From assembly GCA_963737065.1 (NCBI GenBank), contig CAVTRC010000001.1:928001-992000 (forward strand): 64,000 nt of DNA, read 5' to 3'. Position numbers and translations under genes: made by a program. This document shows positions 48,914 to 58,184 of this stretch, one piece after another. The notes below the pieces were generated by a model. It worked only from the letters and a program-made list of their open reading frames with translations. It was not told the origin of the DNA and made no database searches. The stretch's first letter is position 1, and the number at the start of each line of letters is the position of its first letter. The stretch is from Candidatus Eremiobacteria bacterium (GTDB taxonomy: Bacteria > Vulcanimicrobiota > Vulcanimicrobiia > Vulcanimicrobiales > Vulcanimicrobiaceae).

Positions 48914-50391
48914 GCCGCAGCCGTACCCGTCGCTGCGGCGATCACCGCATCGGGCGTCGCCTCGCTTCGCGAAAATTCGCGCACGATACGTCCGTCGCGA
49001 ACGGCGAGCACGCGGTGCGACATGCCGAGCACTTCAGGCAGCTCGCTCGATACCATGACGATCGCAGCCCCGTTCTTGATCAAATTCAGCATCAAGCCGT
49101 AGATCTCGGTCTTCGCGCCGACGTCGATGCCGCGCGTCGGCTCATCGAACAGAAAGACGCGCGCCTTTCCCAGAAGCCACTTCGCCAGCACCACTTTCTG
49201 CTGATTACCGCCGGAAAGATTGCGCACGCGCTGCTCCAGGCTCGGCGTGCGGACACGAAGTTCTTGCGCCATCGTTTCCGCCGCCGATTCCTCGCGTTTT
49301 TCGTCAATGAGCATCTCACGATTGACGAACTGCGAGAGATGCGCGAGCGTGATGTTTTCCGCTACGCTCATCCCGAGAACGAGCCCTTGACTCTTGCGGT
49401 CTTCGGTGATGAACGCGATACCGGCTACGATGCCGTCGTGCGGACTGCGAATGCGAATCAGCTCGCCGCCGACGTGAATCGTTCCCGAGTCAGGGACGTC
49501 GGCGCCCGCAATCGCGCGCACGATTTCCGTTCGTCCCGCTCCGACGAGCCCCGCAAGACCGACGATCTCGCCCGCGCGTACCGAGAATGAGACGTCGTTG
49601 ACCATCGGGCGGCGAATCAAGTGCTGCACGTCGAGCATCGCGGGCGCGTGCGTCGGCACGGCCGGAAGATCGGGAAAATGCGCGTCGAGCGGACGGCCGA
49701 CCATCGCGCGTATGATTTCATTGGGTGGGAATTCGCTCGTCGGACGCGTCTCGATCGCGCTGCCGTCTCGAAGGACGGTAACGCGGTCGGCAATCTTCGG
49801 CAGTTCTTCCATCCGGTGCGAGATGTAAATAATGCCGGCACCGTTTGCTTTCAAGCGGGCGATCAGCGCGAAGAGCGCGTCGATTTCGCGATCGGTAAGC
49901 GCGGCGGTCGGTTCGTCCATGACGATTATGCGCGCGTGCTTCGAGAGCGCCTTCGCGATCTCGATCAGTTGCTGCGCGCCGACCGAGAGGCGCGACGCGG
50001 GCTCGTCGAGGGGCAAATCCATGCCGAGTTCTTCGACGATTGTGCGCGCGCGTGTGCGAGCCGCCGCCGCGTCGAGAAACAATCCGCGCGTGGGCTCCGC
50101 ACCGAGCACGATGTTTTCCATTGCCGTTAGCTGCGGAACGAGACTGAACTCCTGATAGATCATGCCAATGCCGAGTGCTTCGGCATCGTGCGGCGACGCG
50201 ATGTGCACCGGCTTGCCGTCGATTGCGATCGTCCCCGTGTCGGCGAGTTGCGCGCCGGCGAGGATCTTCATCAGCGTCGACTTACCCGCTCCGTTTTCGC
50301 CGACGAGCGCGAGAACTTCGCCGGAGTTCAGCGTGAGCGAAACATCGCTCAGCGCGCGAACGCCGGGAAACGATTTCCCGATGCCGCGCAT
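48910..50391 (-). CDS. Monosaccharide (RbsA-type) ABC transporter ATP-binding protein
   Basis: GENGAGKSTLMK, DEPT, LSGGNQQK, DEPTRGIDVGAK; two NBD halves. Confidence 0.95.
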   Translation of the reverse strand: MRGIGKSFPGVRALSDVSLTLNSGEVLALVGENGAGKSTLMKILAGAQLADTGTIAIDGKPVHIASPHDAEALGIGMIYQEFSLVPQLTAMENIVLGAEPTRGLFLDAAAARTRARTIVEELGMDLPLDEPASRLSVGAQQLIEIAKALSKHARIIVMDEPTAALTDREIDALFALIARLKANGAGIIYISHRMEELPKIADRVTVLRDGSAIETRPTSEFPPNEIIRAMVGRPLDAHFPDLPAVPTHAPAMLDVQHLIRRPMVNDVSFSVRAGEIVGLAGLVGAGRTEIVRAIAGADVPDSGTIHVGGELIRIRSPHDGIVAGIAFITEDRKSQGLVLGMSVAENITLAHLSQFVNREMLIDEKREESAAETMAQELRVRTPSLEQRVRNLSGGNQQKVVLAKWLLGKARVFLFDEPTRGIDVGAKTEIYGLMLNLIKNGAAIVMVSSELPEVLGMSHRVLAVRDGRIVREFSRSEATPDAVIAAATGTAAA

Positions 50392-50414
50392 CTCGAGAAG
50401 CGGAGCGGTGACGA

Positions 50415-51386
50415 TTACTGCGCCTTCTTCGCGTCGGCGTGCGTGTAGGTTCCGACGTTGACGTGAACGACCGGTTGCGGCTTCTTGCCCGAAAAGTAGT
50501 CGTGAATGGTATCGATCGTCAGCGCGCCGATTTTCTCGGGATACTGAATCGCGTCGCCGTACATGTCGCCGCTCGCGATCGCGGTACGCGCTTCAGGGGT
50601 CGCGTCGTATCCGATGACTTTCACTTTGCCGTTGAGCCCGGCGGCACGAATTGCCGTCAACGCACCGAGCGCCGAATCATCGTTGATGCCGAAGACGCCG
50701 CTCAAATTTTTGTTCGATTGCAGAATGTCGCTCATATCTCGATTCGCTTTGTCGCGCGCGCCGCCGGCATCGACGTCCGCAACGATCGTCACATTCGGGC
50801 AAGTGGCTTTGATCGCATCGCGGAAGCCTTTCACGCGATCCTGGACGCTCGTTACTTCGGGCTCATCGATAATCGCCACGTAACCCGTCTTGCCGACGGC
50901 CTGGCACATCAATTTGCCCGCCTGTTCACCACCGAGGACGTTATCGCTCGCGATGTGCGCGACGACATGGCCCTGCTTGCTGGCGCTGGCGATGTCAGCG
51001 GTAAAGACGGGGATGTTCGCCTTATTTGCCTCGGCAATCGCGCTGCCGATTGCGGTCGAGTCGTAGGGCGTCAACACGATTGCATCCACTTTGTTGGAGA
51101 TGAAGTCTTCGACTTGGCTTTGCTGCTTGGCGTTGTCACGGTTGGCGTCGACAACGATCAACTTGTAGCCGTACTTTTTCGCCTCCGACTGCATGCCGGT
51201 TTGCATCTGCTGGTAGAACTGCGCTTCACGGTCTTGAATCGAAACGCCGATGGTTTTCGTCCCGCTGGCCGCCGGGCCGGCAGAGGCGCTGCTTGATGAA
51301 CTCGACGTGTTCGAATTGCCGGAACACGCGGCAAGTGCGGCAGCAAACAGCATGACGGTGAGCGGTCGAATCGGCTTCAAATCCAT
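50415..51386 (-). CDS. Sugar (RbsB-type) ABC substrate-binding lipoprotein
   Basis: Lipobox LAAC, IASDN, DRVKGF, NDDSALGA, GYDA; ATG 51386 with AGGAG SD. Confidence 0.93.
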   Translation of the reverse strand: MDLKPIRPLTVMLFAAALAACSGNSNTSSSSSSASAGPAASGTKTIGVSIQDREAQFYQQMQTGMQSEAKKYGYKLIVVDANRDNAKQQSQVEDFISNKVDAIVLTPYDSTAIGSAIAEANKANIPVFTADIASASKQGHVVAHIASDNVLGGEQAGKLMCQAVGKTGYVAIIDEPEVTSVQDRVKGFRDAIKATCPNVTIVADVDAGGARDKANRDMSDILQSNKNLSGVFGINDDSALGALTAIRAAGLNGKVKVIGYDATPEARTAIASGDMYGDAIQYPEKIGALTIDTIHDYFSGKKPQPVVHVNVGTYTHADAKKAQ

Positions 51387-51433
51387 ACTCCTACGGCAAA
51401 CGTTCTGCAGATAATTGTCCACAATTAGCGACG

Positions 51434-53218
51434 TTACTCTTGTGCAATCTGTGGAGAAGGCGCTCTTTTTACCAAAATGACCAGACCGGCCACCGCGATG
51501 ACCGTCACGGTCGTCCACGCTGTAGCCATTCCAACCGACCCGTAGACGAACCCGCCCGCGGCAAAAAGCGCGCCGTAGACCGCCGCGAGTCCGAGCACCC
51601 ATGCCGCGAGCGCGCTCGCCGGAGAATCGGGCGAGGGCGGAAGCGAATCGGCGGTGCGGATTCTGGACCAGCCCGGACCGGCGGGCCGGACTTTCGCATA
51701 GAAGCGCGCCAGCGTCGCATCGTCGACGGCTGGAGTCAGGAAGGTGACCACCAGCCACACGAGCGTCGTAACGCCGACGGTCGCGAGCAGCACCGTCGTC
51801 GGGTCGACGCCGTGGCCCGCTTTACCGGCCGCGAAAAACCCCAGCGAGACGACGAACGAGGCGACCATCGCGCTGACCTCGCTCCAGGCATTGATACGCC
51901 ACCAAAACCAGCGCAGCAGGTAGATCAGCCCCGTCCCCGCGCCGATGGAGAGCAGCAGATCGAAGCCCTCTTTTGCGGTGTCGAGCACAAACGTGACGCC
52001 GACCCCGGCCACCATCAACCCAACCGTGACGAGGCGCCCGACGAAAACGTAGTCCTTCTCGGCGGCGTTGGGACGAATGAACCGGCGGTACAAGTCGTGC
52101 ACGAGATATGACGTGCCCCAATTCAAGTGCGTTTCGATCGTGCTGCGGTACGCCGCAAAAATGCCGGCGACCATGAAACCCGCGAACCCCGCCGGAAGGT
52201 AAACGAGCATCGCGGGATACGCGATGTCGTTGCCGATCAAGTTCTGCGGAACGTACGGGAAACGCGCGTGAATGTCGCCGAGGGTCGGATACACGAGCGT
52301 CGATACGAACGCGACGACGATCCAGGGCCATGGACGCAACGCATAGTGCATAACCGCGAACGACAGCGTTCCAAAGACCGCGTCGTTTTCCGTCTTCGCC
52401 GCGAGCATGCGTTGAGCAACGTAACTTCCGCCACCGGGCTCCGCGCCGGGATACCACACCGACCACCACTGCACCGTCAATGGAATGATGAAAATTGCGA
52501 GCGTGGTTTTCCAATCGGAAAAGTTCGGCAAAATCGAAAGCAGCGTTGGATGAAGCTGCGATACGCGCGCGACCGCGCCGTGCAACCCACCCACTCCGGG
52601 CGCGTGCAATGCGAAATACGCTGCGGCAAACGCGCCGGTGATCGTAATGCAGAACTGGATCATGTCGGTCACCATAACGCCCCACAATCCGGCTGCGGCA
52701 GCAAAGATGATCGGCACGAACGCGCACAGCAGCAGCGTTTCCCAACGCGGCCAACCGAAGAGGACGGACGCGATCTTCACGGCGGCGAGATTCACCGTTG
52801 CGATGATCACGCAGTTGAAGAACAAGCCTAAATAGACGGCCCGAAATCCTCGAACGAATTTCGCCGCTGCGCCCGAGTATCGCAGTTCGTAGAACTCGAG
52901 ATCGGTGAGAACGCCGCTACGGCGCCACAAACGCGCATAAAAAAAGACGGTCGCCATGCCGGTTAAGAGGAACGACCACCACACCCAATTCTCCGCGACG
53001 CCGCCTTCGCGCACCAGATTGGTGACGAGGTTCGGCGTGTCGGTCGAAAACGTCGTCGCAACGAGTGAGACGCCGATCAGCCACCACGGCGCTTGACGTC
53101 CGGCCGCGAAAAACTCGGCGGTGTTCTTACCGGCACGGCGCGCGAGCACGATCGCGGGGATGAACGTTACGCCGAGTGACACGACGACGATCACCCAATC
53201 GAGCGTGGTCAAATGCAT
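51434..53218 (-). CDS. Sodium:solute symporter family protein
   Basis: FFAAGR, GVSLVATTFSTDTP, TDMIQF, QRMLAAK; about 14 TM. Confidence 0.92.
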   Translation of the reverse strand: MHLTTLDWVIVVVSLGVTFIPAIVLARRAGKNTAEFFAAGRQAPWWLIGVSLVATTFSTDTPNLVTNLVREGGVAENWVWWSFLLTGMATVFFYARLWRRSGVLTDLEFYELRYSGAAAKFVRGFRAVYLGLFFNCVIIATVNLAAVKIASVLFGWPRWETLLLCAFVPIIFAAAAGLWGVMVTDMIQFCITITGAFAAAYFALHAPGVGGLHGAVARVSQLHPTLLSILPNFSDWKTTLAIFIIPLTVQWWSVWYPGAEPGGGSYVAQRMLAAKTENDAVFGTLSFAVMHYALRPWPWIVVAFVSTLVYPTLGDIHARFPYVPQNLIGNDIAYPAMLVYLPAGFAGFMVAGIFAAYRSTIETHLNWGTSYLVHDLYRRFIRPNAAEKDYVFVGRLVTVGLMVAGVGVTFVLDTAKEGFDLLLSIGAGTGLIYLLRWFWWRINAWSEVSAMVASFVVSLGFFAAGKAGHGVDPTTVLLATVGVTTLVWLVVTFLTPAVDDATLARFYAKVRPAGPGWSRIRTADSLPPSPDSPASALAAWVLGLAAVYGALFAAGGFVYGSVGMATAWTTVTVIAVAGLVILVKRAPSPQIAQE

Positions 53219-53251
53219 TCGCCGCCGATTCGCCTTCGGCGGTGCGGGCGC

Positions 53252-53893
53252 CTACGGTGGAAGTTGAAACGTTACCGTGCGATCGGCTTCGCGATGATTG
53301 GTAAAGAATCGCTCGCCGTCCCATGCAAGTCCGCGCGCGTGGAACGGCACGAGCGCGACGTCCGTGGAAACGCCGGCCACGAGATCGAGTTGCGTGATCC
53401 AGTACTCGCCCGCGTCTTCATCATCCGTTGTCAACAGGAACGCTTTATCACCGTCGATGGCAACGCCCGCGATACCGTGCGCTGATTCGTACCGGCGCAG
53501 GATTGCACCGTTCTCGTCGAGTTCGAGAAGCACTTGGTTATACCACTGGCCGAGCACAACGCGTCCGTTATGAACGCCGAGATGCGATCCGGTGTCATCG
53601 GGACAGGGAATGAATGACGGCTGCCAATTGCCGTGTACGAAGCGGCGAATACGGCGCACGTCTTCGGATTCTTCGCCGCACGTCGCGATCAGCTGACCGT
53701 CCGCATACGCCATTCCCCACGGCATCCCGGGAGGAGAGAGCTCACTACGCTTCTGCCACGACGCGCGATCGATGACGTCGATGCCGCGCGTCGCGCGCGA
53801 ACTGACATAAAGGAGATCGCCGTTGACGGCGACGGCGTGCGGTTGCGGCGAAAACGCGATGCGGCGATCGAGTTCGACGATAGGCTCCAGCAT
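53252..53893 (-). CDS. Hypothetical beta-propeller-like protein
   Basis: Repeated PHAVA/PWGMA/IAGVA/ARGLAWDG blades; start reassigned to ATG 53893. Confidence 0.6.
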   Translation of the reverse strand: MLEPIVELDRRIAFSPQPHAVAVNGDLLYVSSRATRGIDVIDRASWQKRSELSPPGMPWGMAYADGQLIATCGEESEDVRRIRRFVHGNWQPSFIPCPDDTGSHLGVHNGRVVLGQWYNQVLLELDENGAILRRYESAHGIAGVAIDGDKAFLLTTDDEDAGEYWITQLDLVAGVSTDVALVPFHARGLAWDGERFFTNHREADRTVTFQLPP

Positions 53894-53917
53894 GGTTACG
53901 CCTTTCTGAGTGAACGA

Positions 53918-53944
53918 TGTAGAACCCGTGCGGTCTGCTCCGAC
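53918..53944 (+). promoter_or_regulatory. Putative ECF42-type promoter (TGTAGA-17-CGAC)
   Basis: Resembles the TGTCGA...CGA/TC motif I recall for ECF42 promoters upstream of DGPF/YciI genes. Confidence 0.4.
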
Positions 53945-53991
53945 TCCGCTATGTAAACCACCGAGAACCACGAACGTAAGAGGAGCAAACG

Positions 53992-54381
53992 ATGAAGTAC
54001 ATTTTGATGATGAATACGATGCGCGCGGGCTCTGCGGGTCTCGACTGGCCGGAAGGCGATCTCAAGGCGCATATCGCGTATATGATGTCTCTGAACCGGT
54101 CGCTGACCGAGACGGGCGAACTGGTTGGTGCCGAAGGGCTCGCATTCCCGAATGAAGCGAAAGTCGTGCGCGCCGGAAAGAATGGTGAGCCGATAACGGA
54201 CGGCGTCTTTCCCGAATCAAAGGAATTTTTAGCCGGTTTCTGGGTCGTCGAGGTCGACTCGCCCGAACGAGCCTATGCCATCGCCGCGCGAGCGTCGGCG
54301 GCACCCGGTCCCGGCGCCGAGCCAATGAACTTGCCGATCGAGGTGCGGCAAGTGATGAGCGGACCGCCCGAGGACGTATAA
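53992..54381 (+). CDS. YciI/DGPF-family protein
   Basis: MKYILM, TDGVFPESKEFLAGFW, IEVRQV; GAGGAG SD. Confidence 0.9.
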   Translation: MKYILMMNTMRAGSAGLDWPEGDLKAHIAYMMSLNRSLTETGELVGAEGLAFPNEAKVVRAGKNGEPITDGVFPESKEFLAGFWVVEVDSPERAYAIAARASAAPGPGAEPMNLPIEVRQVMSGPPEDV

Positions 54382-54430
54382 GTCGGGCAATCCTTGCGCG
54401 CGAAACGCAACGTCGTGATTGACGCGCGAT

Positions 54431-55969
54431 ATGCTCGCGCTTTCGTTTTCTGCCGGGATGCTGGGCATCGAAGGATACGTCGTCCGCGTCGAGGCGGACA
54501 GCTCCGCTGGCTCACCCGTATTCACGATCATCGGACTTCCCGACCGCGCGCTCGGCGAGGCGCGCGAACGGGTGCGGGCCGCGATTTTTAATTCTGGATT
54601 TGCCTATCCGGCGGGACGGCTGCTGGTGAATCTCTCGCCGGCCGACGTGCGTAAGGAAGGTCCGGCGTTCGACCTCGCCATTGCGCTCGCATTGCTCGCC
54701 ATCGACGAGCAAATCGATCGTCTTGCACTGCAAAATTTCATCGCACTCGGCGAACTCGCGCTCGATGGAACGCTGCGCCCGGTCAACGGGATCTTGCCAA
54801 TGGTGATCGGCGCGCGCAATGCCGGGTTCACGAAGCTGATTCTGCCGCAGCGCAACGGCGATGAAGCAGCGCTCGTCGACGGCATCGAACTCTATGCCGT
54901 CGATTCGCTTACATCCGCGGTCGCAGTGCTGCTCGGCAACGGCGCGAAGTGGCGCCGCACTTCCAAAGCGCCCGCATTTCACGCGGAAGACGAATTCGTC
55001 CATGGCGATCTCGCGGACGTCCGCGGACAACTGATTGCTAAGCGAGCGCTCGAGATTGCGGCGGCAGGCGGACACAATTTGCTTTTCGTCGGTCCACCGG
55101 GCTGCGGAAAAACGATGCTAGCACGGCGGCTGCCGTCCATTCTTCCGCCGATGACGCCCGATGAGGCGCTCGACGTTACCAAGATCTACAGCGTCGCTGG
55201 GTTGTTGGGAAACCGATCCGGCATCGTGAACGCACGACCGTTTCGTTTTCCACATCACACCATCAGCCAAACCGCGCTCGTCGGTGGTGGTGCGGCGGTG
55301 AAGCCGGGTGAAATATCGCTCGCGCACCTCGGCGTGCTTTTCCTCGACGAACTGCCCGAATTCGGACGCGGTGCAATCGAAGTGATGCGTCAGCCGCTCG
55401 AAGAGGGGACCGTTACAATTGCACGCTCCGCCGGAACGTTTACGTATCCGGCGCGTTTTCAGCTGGTCGCGTCGATGAATCCCTGCCCATGCGGGTATCG
55501 CGGCGTGCGGAACGCCGAATGCCGCTGCGACGACGCGGCGGTTGCGAAATATGTAGGAAAATTATCAGGTCCGTTGCTCGATCGCATCGATCTTCAAGTG
55601 CAGATTGCGCGCGTACCATTTGACGACATGGTTCGGCGCGATCAGGCGGAACGATCGTCAGCGATCCGGCAGCGCGTCGTAGCGGCGCGCGCATTGGCAC
55701 GCGAGCGATTCGCCGGATCACCGATCAATGCGAACGCCGAGATTCCGCCCAGCGCGATGCGCACGTATTGCGCGCTCGACGATTCCGCGATGAAACTGCT
55801 CGCCGTCGCGAGTGCGAAGCGGCAATTCTCGGCGCGCGCGCTGGACCGCATCGCTCGCGTCGCCAGAACGATCGCCGATCTCGCGAACGCTGAAACCATC
55901 CGAGCCGAACACGTCGCGGAAGCGATTCAATATCGCAGCCTCGAACGATTGGACGGGCGAGCAGCGTGA
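54431..55969 (+). CDS. comM: YifB/ComM Mg-chelatase-like AAA+ ATPase
   Basis: IGLPD, NLSPA, GELALDG, GPPGCGKTM, PFRFPHH, LFLDELPEF, MNPCPCG, GPLLDRID. Confidence 0.95.
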   Translation: MLALSFSAGMLGIEGYVVRVEADSSAGSPVFTIIGLPDRALGEARERVRAAIFNSGFAYPAGRLLVNLSPADVRKEGPAFDLAIALALLAIDEQIDRLALQNFIALGELALDGTLRPVNGILPMVIGARNAGFTKLILPQRNGDEAALVDGIELYAVDSLTSAVAVLLGNGAKWRRTSKAPAFHAEDEFVHGDLADVRGQLIAKRALEIAAAGGHNLLFVGPPGCGKTMLARRLPSILPPMTPDEALDVTKIYSVAGLLGNRSGIVNARPFRFPHHTISQTALVGGGAAVKPGEISLAHLGVLFLDELPEFGRGAIEVMRQPLEEGTVTIARSAGTFTYPARFQLVASMNPCPCGYRGVRNAECRCDDAAVAKYVGKLSGPLLDRIDLQVQIARVPFDDMVRRDQAERSSAIRQRVVAARALARERFAGSPINANAEIPPSAMRTYCALDDSAMKLLAVASAKRQFSARALDRIARVARTIADLANAETIRAEHVAEAIQYRSLERLDGRAA

Positions 55970-55983
55970 CGCGCGATGATCGT

Positions 55984-56096
55984 GATTTAGCAATAAACTT
56001 CTCGCCGTCGTTAACGCACATACGATCCGCGCAGAACACGTCGCGGACGCGATTCAATATCGCAGTCTCGACCGGCTCGATGGACGGGCGGCGTAA
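55984..56096 (+). pseudogene. Decayed duplicate of the comM 3' end (remnant A)
   Basis: 56022-56096 encodes TIRAEHVADAIQYRSLDRLDGRAA* versus TIRAEHVAEAIQYRSLERLDGRAA* at 55895-55969; preceded by a KLLAV fragment. Confidence 0.9.
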
Positions 56097-56238
56097 CTGA
56101 CGATGATTCGTAAGTGCGTCAAATCCGACGAGCGGCCGGCGCCCCTCGATGCTGATGCGCGTCCATCACCCGGCGAATTGAGCATACGCCGCGACGGGAG
56201 CTTGACCATGATTGTTCGGATCGGAAACGGCACGTTCA

Positions 56239-57982
56239 TCACAGATCGACGCGACTCCGGTACGCATTGAGGACGTCGCGACGCGTGATGATACCGAGCA
56301 GTCCGCCGGTCGCGCGGTCGACTATGGGCAGCAGCGGCGTTTGCGGATCGGCCAGCGCAACGGCAGCTTCTTCAAGTGTGTCGTCGCTGGAGCAACACCG
56401 GAGCCGCCTGCACCAACTCCCCCACACGCAAGCCGGGATGTGCTGCAAGTGTGCCGGCAATGTCTGACGCAGTAACCATACCAATAAACTTACCGTCGGC
56501 GACGACCGGAACGACGAACTCCGGACTATGCTCCAGCTTCGCTGCTACTTCGTTGATCGGCTGCGACGCATCAGCGACGATATCTGGGACACGTTCCACG
56601 GCTGCAATCGTCACGCGCGAAAACGGGCGCGGTCTGCGCGCGCGCGCCCAGTCGATTCCTCGGCGCACGAGCTTCATCTCGTAAATGGTGTAACCCAGCA
56701 ACCTTCGTCCGAGAAGCGTCGAGATGACGGTGCAAACCATGAGCGGCAGAATGATCGTATAGTCGTTCGACATTTCGAACACGATCGTGATCGCCGTGAT
56801 GGGTGCTTCAGCGGCGGCGGCAAAGACGGCCGCCATGCCGACCAATCCGTACGCTGCCGACGATGCGGTCCAAGCCGGAAACAGGCGATGCACGATGCTT
56901 CCGAACGTGTTTCCGAGCATCGCTCCGGTGTACAGCGACGGAGCGAAGACGCCGCCGCTGCCGCCCGCGCCCAGCGTAAGCGACGTTGCAACGGGTTTGA
57001 GCACGGCGAGCGCGAGCGAATGTCGCGCCTGAACGTGCGCCGCAAGCATCGCGTCGACATAGTTGTAACCGACGCCGAAGATCTGGGGAAACCAGATGCC
57101 GATGACGCCGACGCAGCCGAAACCCACGGCCGCTTTCATCATCGGGTTGACACGCCACCCCTCGAAGCGGTCTTCGCAGAAATAGAGCAGCCGCACAAAG
57201 CCCGAAGCCCACAATGCGGCGATGATGCCGAGCACTGCATACAGTCCGAGCTCGGCTGGCGAGACGAGACGAAACGCCGACGCGGTGAACGACGGATGGT
57301 CGCCGAAGTGCGCCCGGCCGATCACGGCTGCAACGACGCTCGAGACAACGATTGTCGCAAACGATCGCGGTGCGAAATCGCCCAAGATCACTTCGCTCGC
57401 AAAGAATACGCCGCCGATCGGCGCATTGAACGTCGCGGAGATGCCCGCTGCCGCGCCGCAAGCGACCAGCGTGCGAATGATCGGAGCCGGCGCGCGCACG
57501 AGCTGCCCCAGCACCGAACCGATTGCCGAACCGATCTGGACGATCGGCCCTTCACGGCCGCAGCTACCGCCGAAACCGATGCAGGTTGCCGACGCGATGC
57601 TTTTAATCCCCATGACGCGAGGACGCATAATGCCGCCCTGCATGGCGACCGCTGCCATCACTTCAGGCACGCCGTGGCCTTTCGCTTCGCGTGCAAAGCG
57701 GTTCACGACGAACGCGGTGATGACGCCGCCCGCGATAAGCACCGGAACGACTTGGGCGTGTCCGAGAAAGCGCAGTGCCGGAGCAAGATGCCCGAACGCG
57801 AGCGTCTGCTCGCCCAAAATGAGATAACGAAAGCCCACCGCACCATAACCACCGCCGATGCCGACGACAATCGCCGCAAGCAGCAAGAACGTGCTTTGTC
57901 CAATCGCAAAGCGGCCGACGTCGAGACGGTAGCCGCGATCGGTTTCGACGTAGCGGACTCGTGGAAGCCTAGCGCGCGCCAT
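56239..57982 (-). pseudogene. CLC chloride channel/antiporter with C-terminal CBS pair, frameshifted near 56390 (possibly a sequencing error)
   Basis: GHGVPE, GREGP, FNAPIGG, GGVFAPSL, IYE; second CBS (SDDTLEEA...LPIVD...GIITRRD) continues in another frame. Confidence 0.88.
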
Positions 57983-58014
57983 GCGCGTGTCTTCGGCGCA
58001 TAAAGGAAAAAGCG

Positions 58015-58080
58015 CTAGTCGGCTCGATGAATCCATGCCTGTGCCGGTGTCGCGGCGCGCGGAACGGCGAATGCCGCTGC
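58015..58080 (+). pseudogene. Decayed internal comM fragment (remnant B)
   Basis: Reads LVGSMNPCLCRCRGARNGECRC versus LVASMNPCPCGYRGVRNAECRC at 55463-55528; colinear with no gaps. Confidence 0.85.
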
Positions 58081-58184
58081 AATCGCGAAGTGCGATATCG
58101 CGTGGCGTAACTCGCCGGGTGACCGGTGTCGAAATGCGCGTTGGAAGCTTGCATCCGAGCAATCGTACGCACTACGCTACTACC

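Noticed and set aside
50392..50416. Third non-canonical start (ATC/GTC) extending the sugar ABC ATPase by about 8 codons
   Set aside because: Plausible (TAPLLEM precedes the ATG), but the downstream ATG suffices and nothing in the sequence distinguishes the options.
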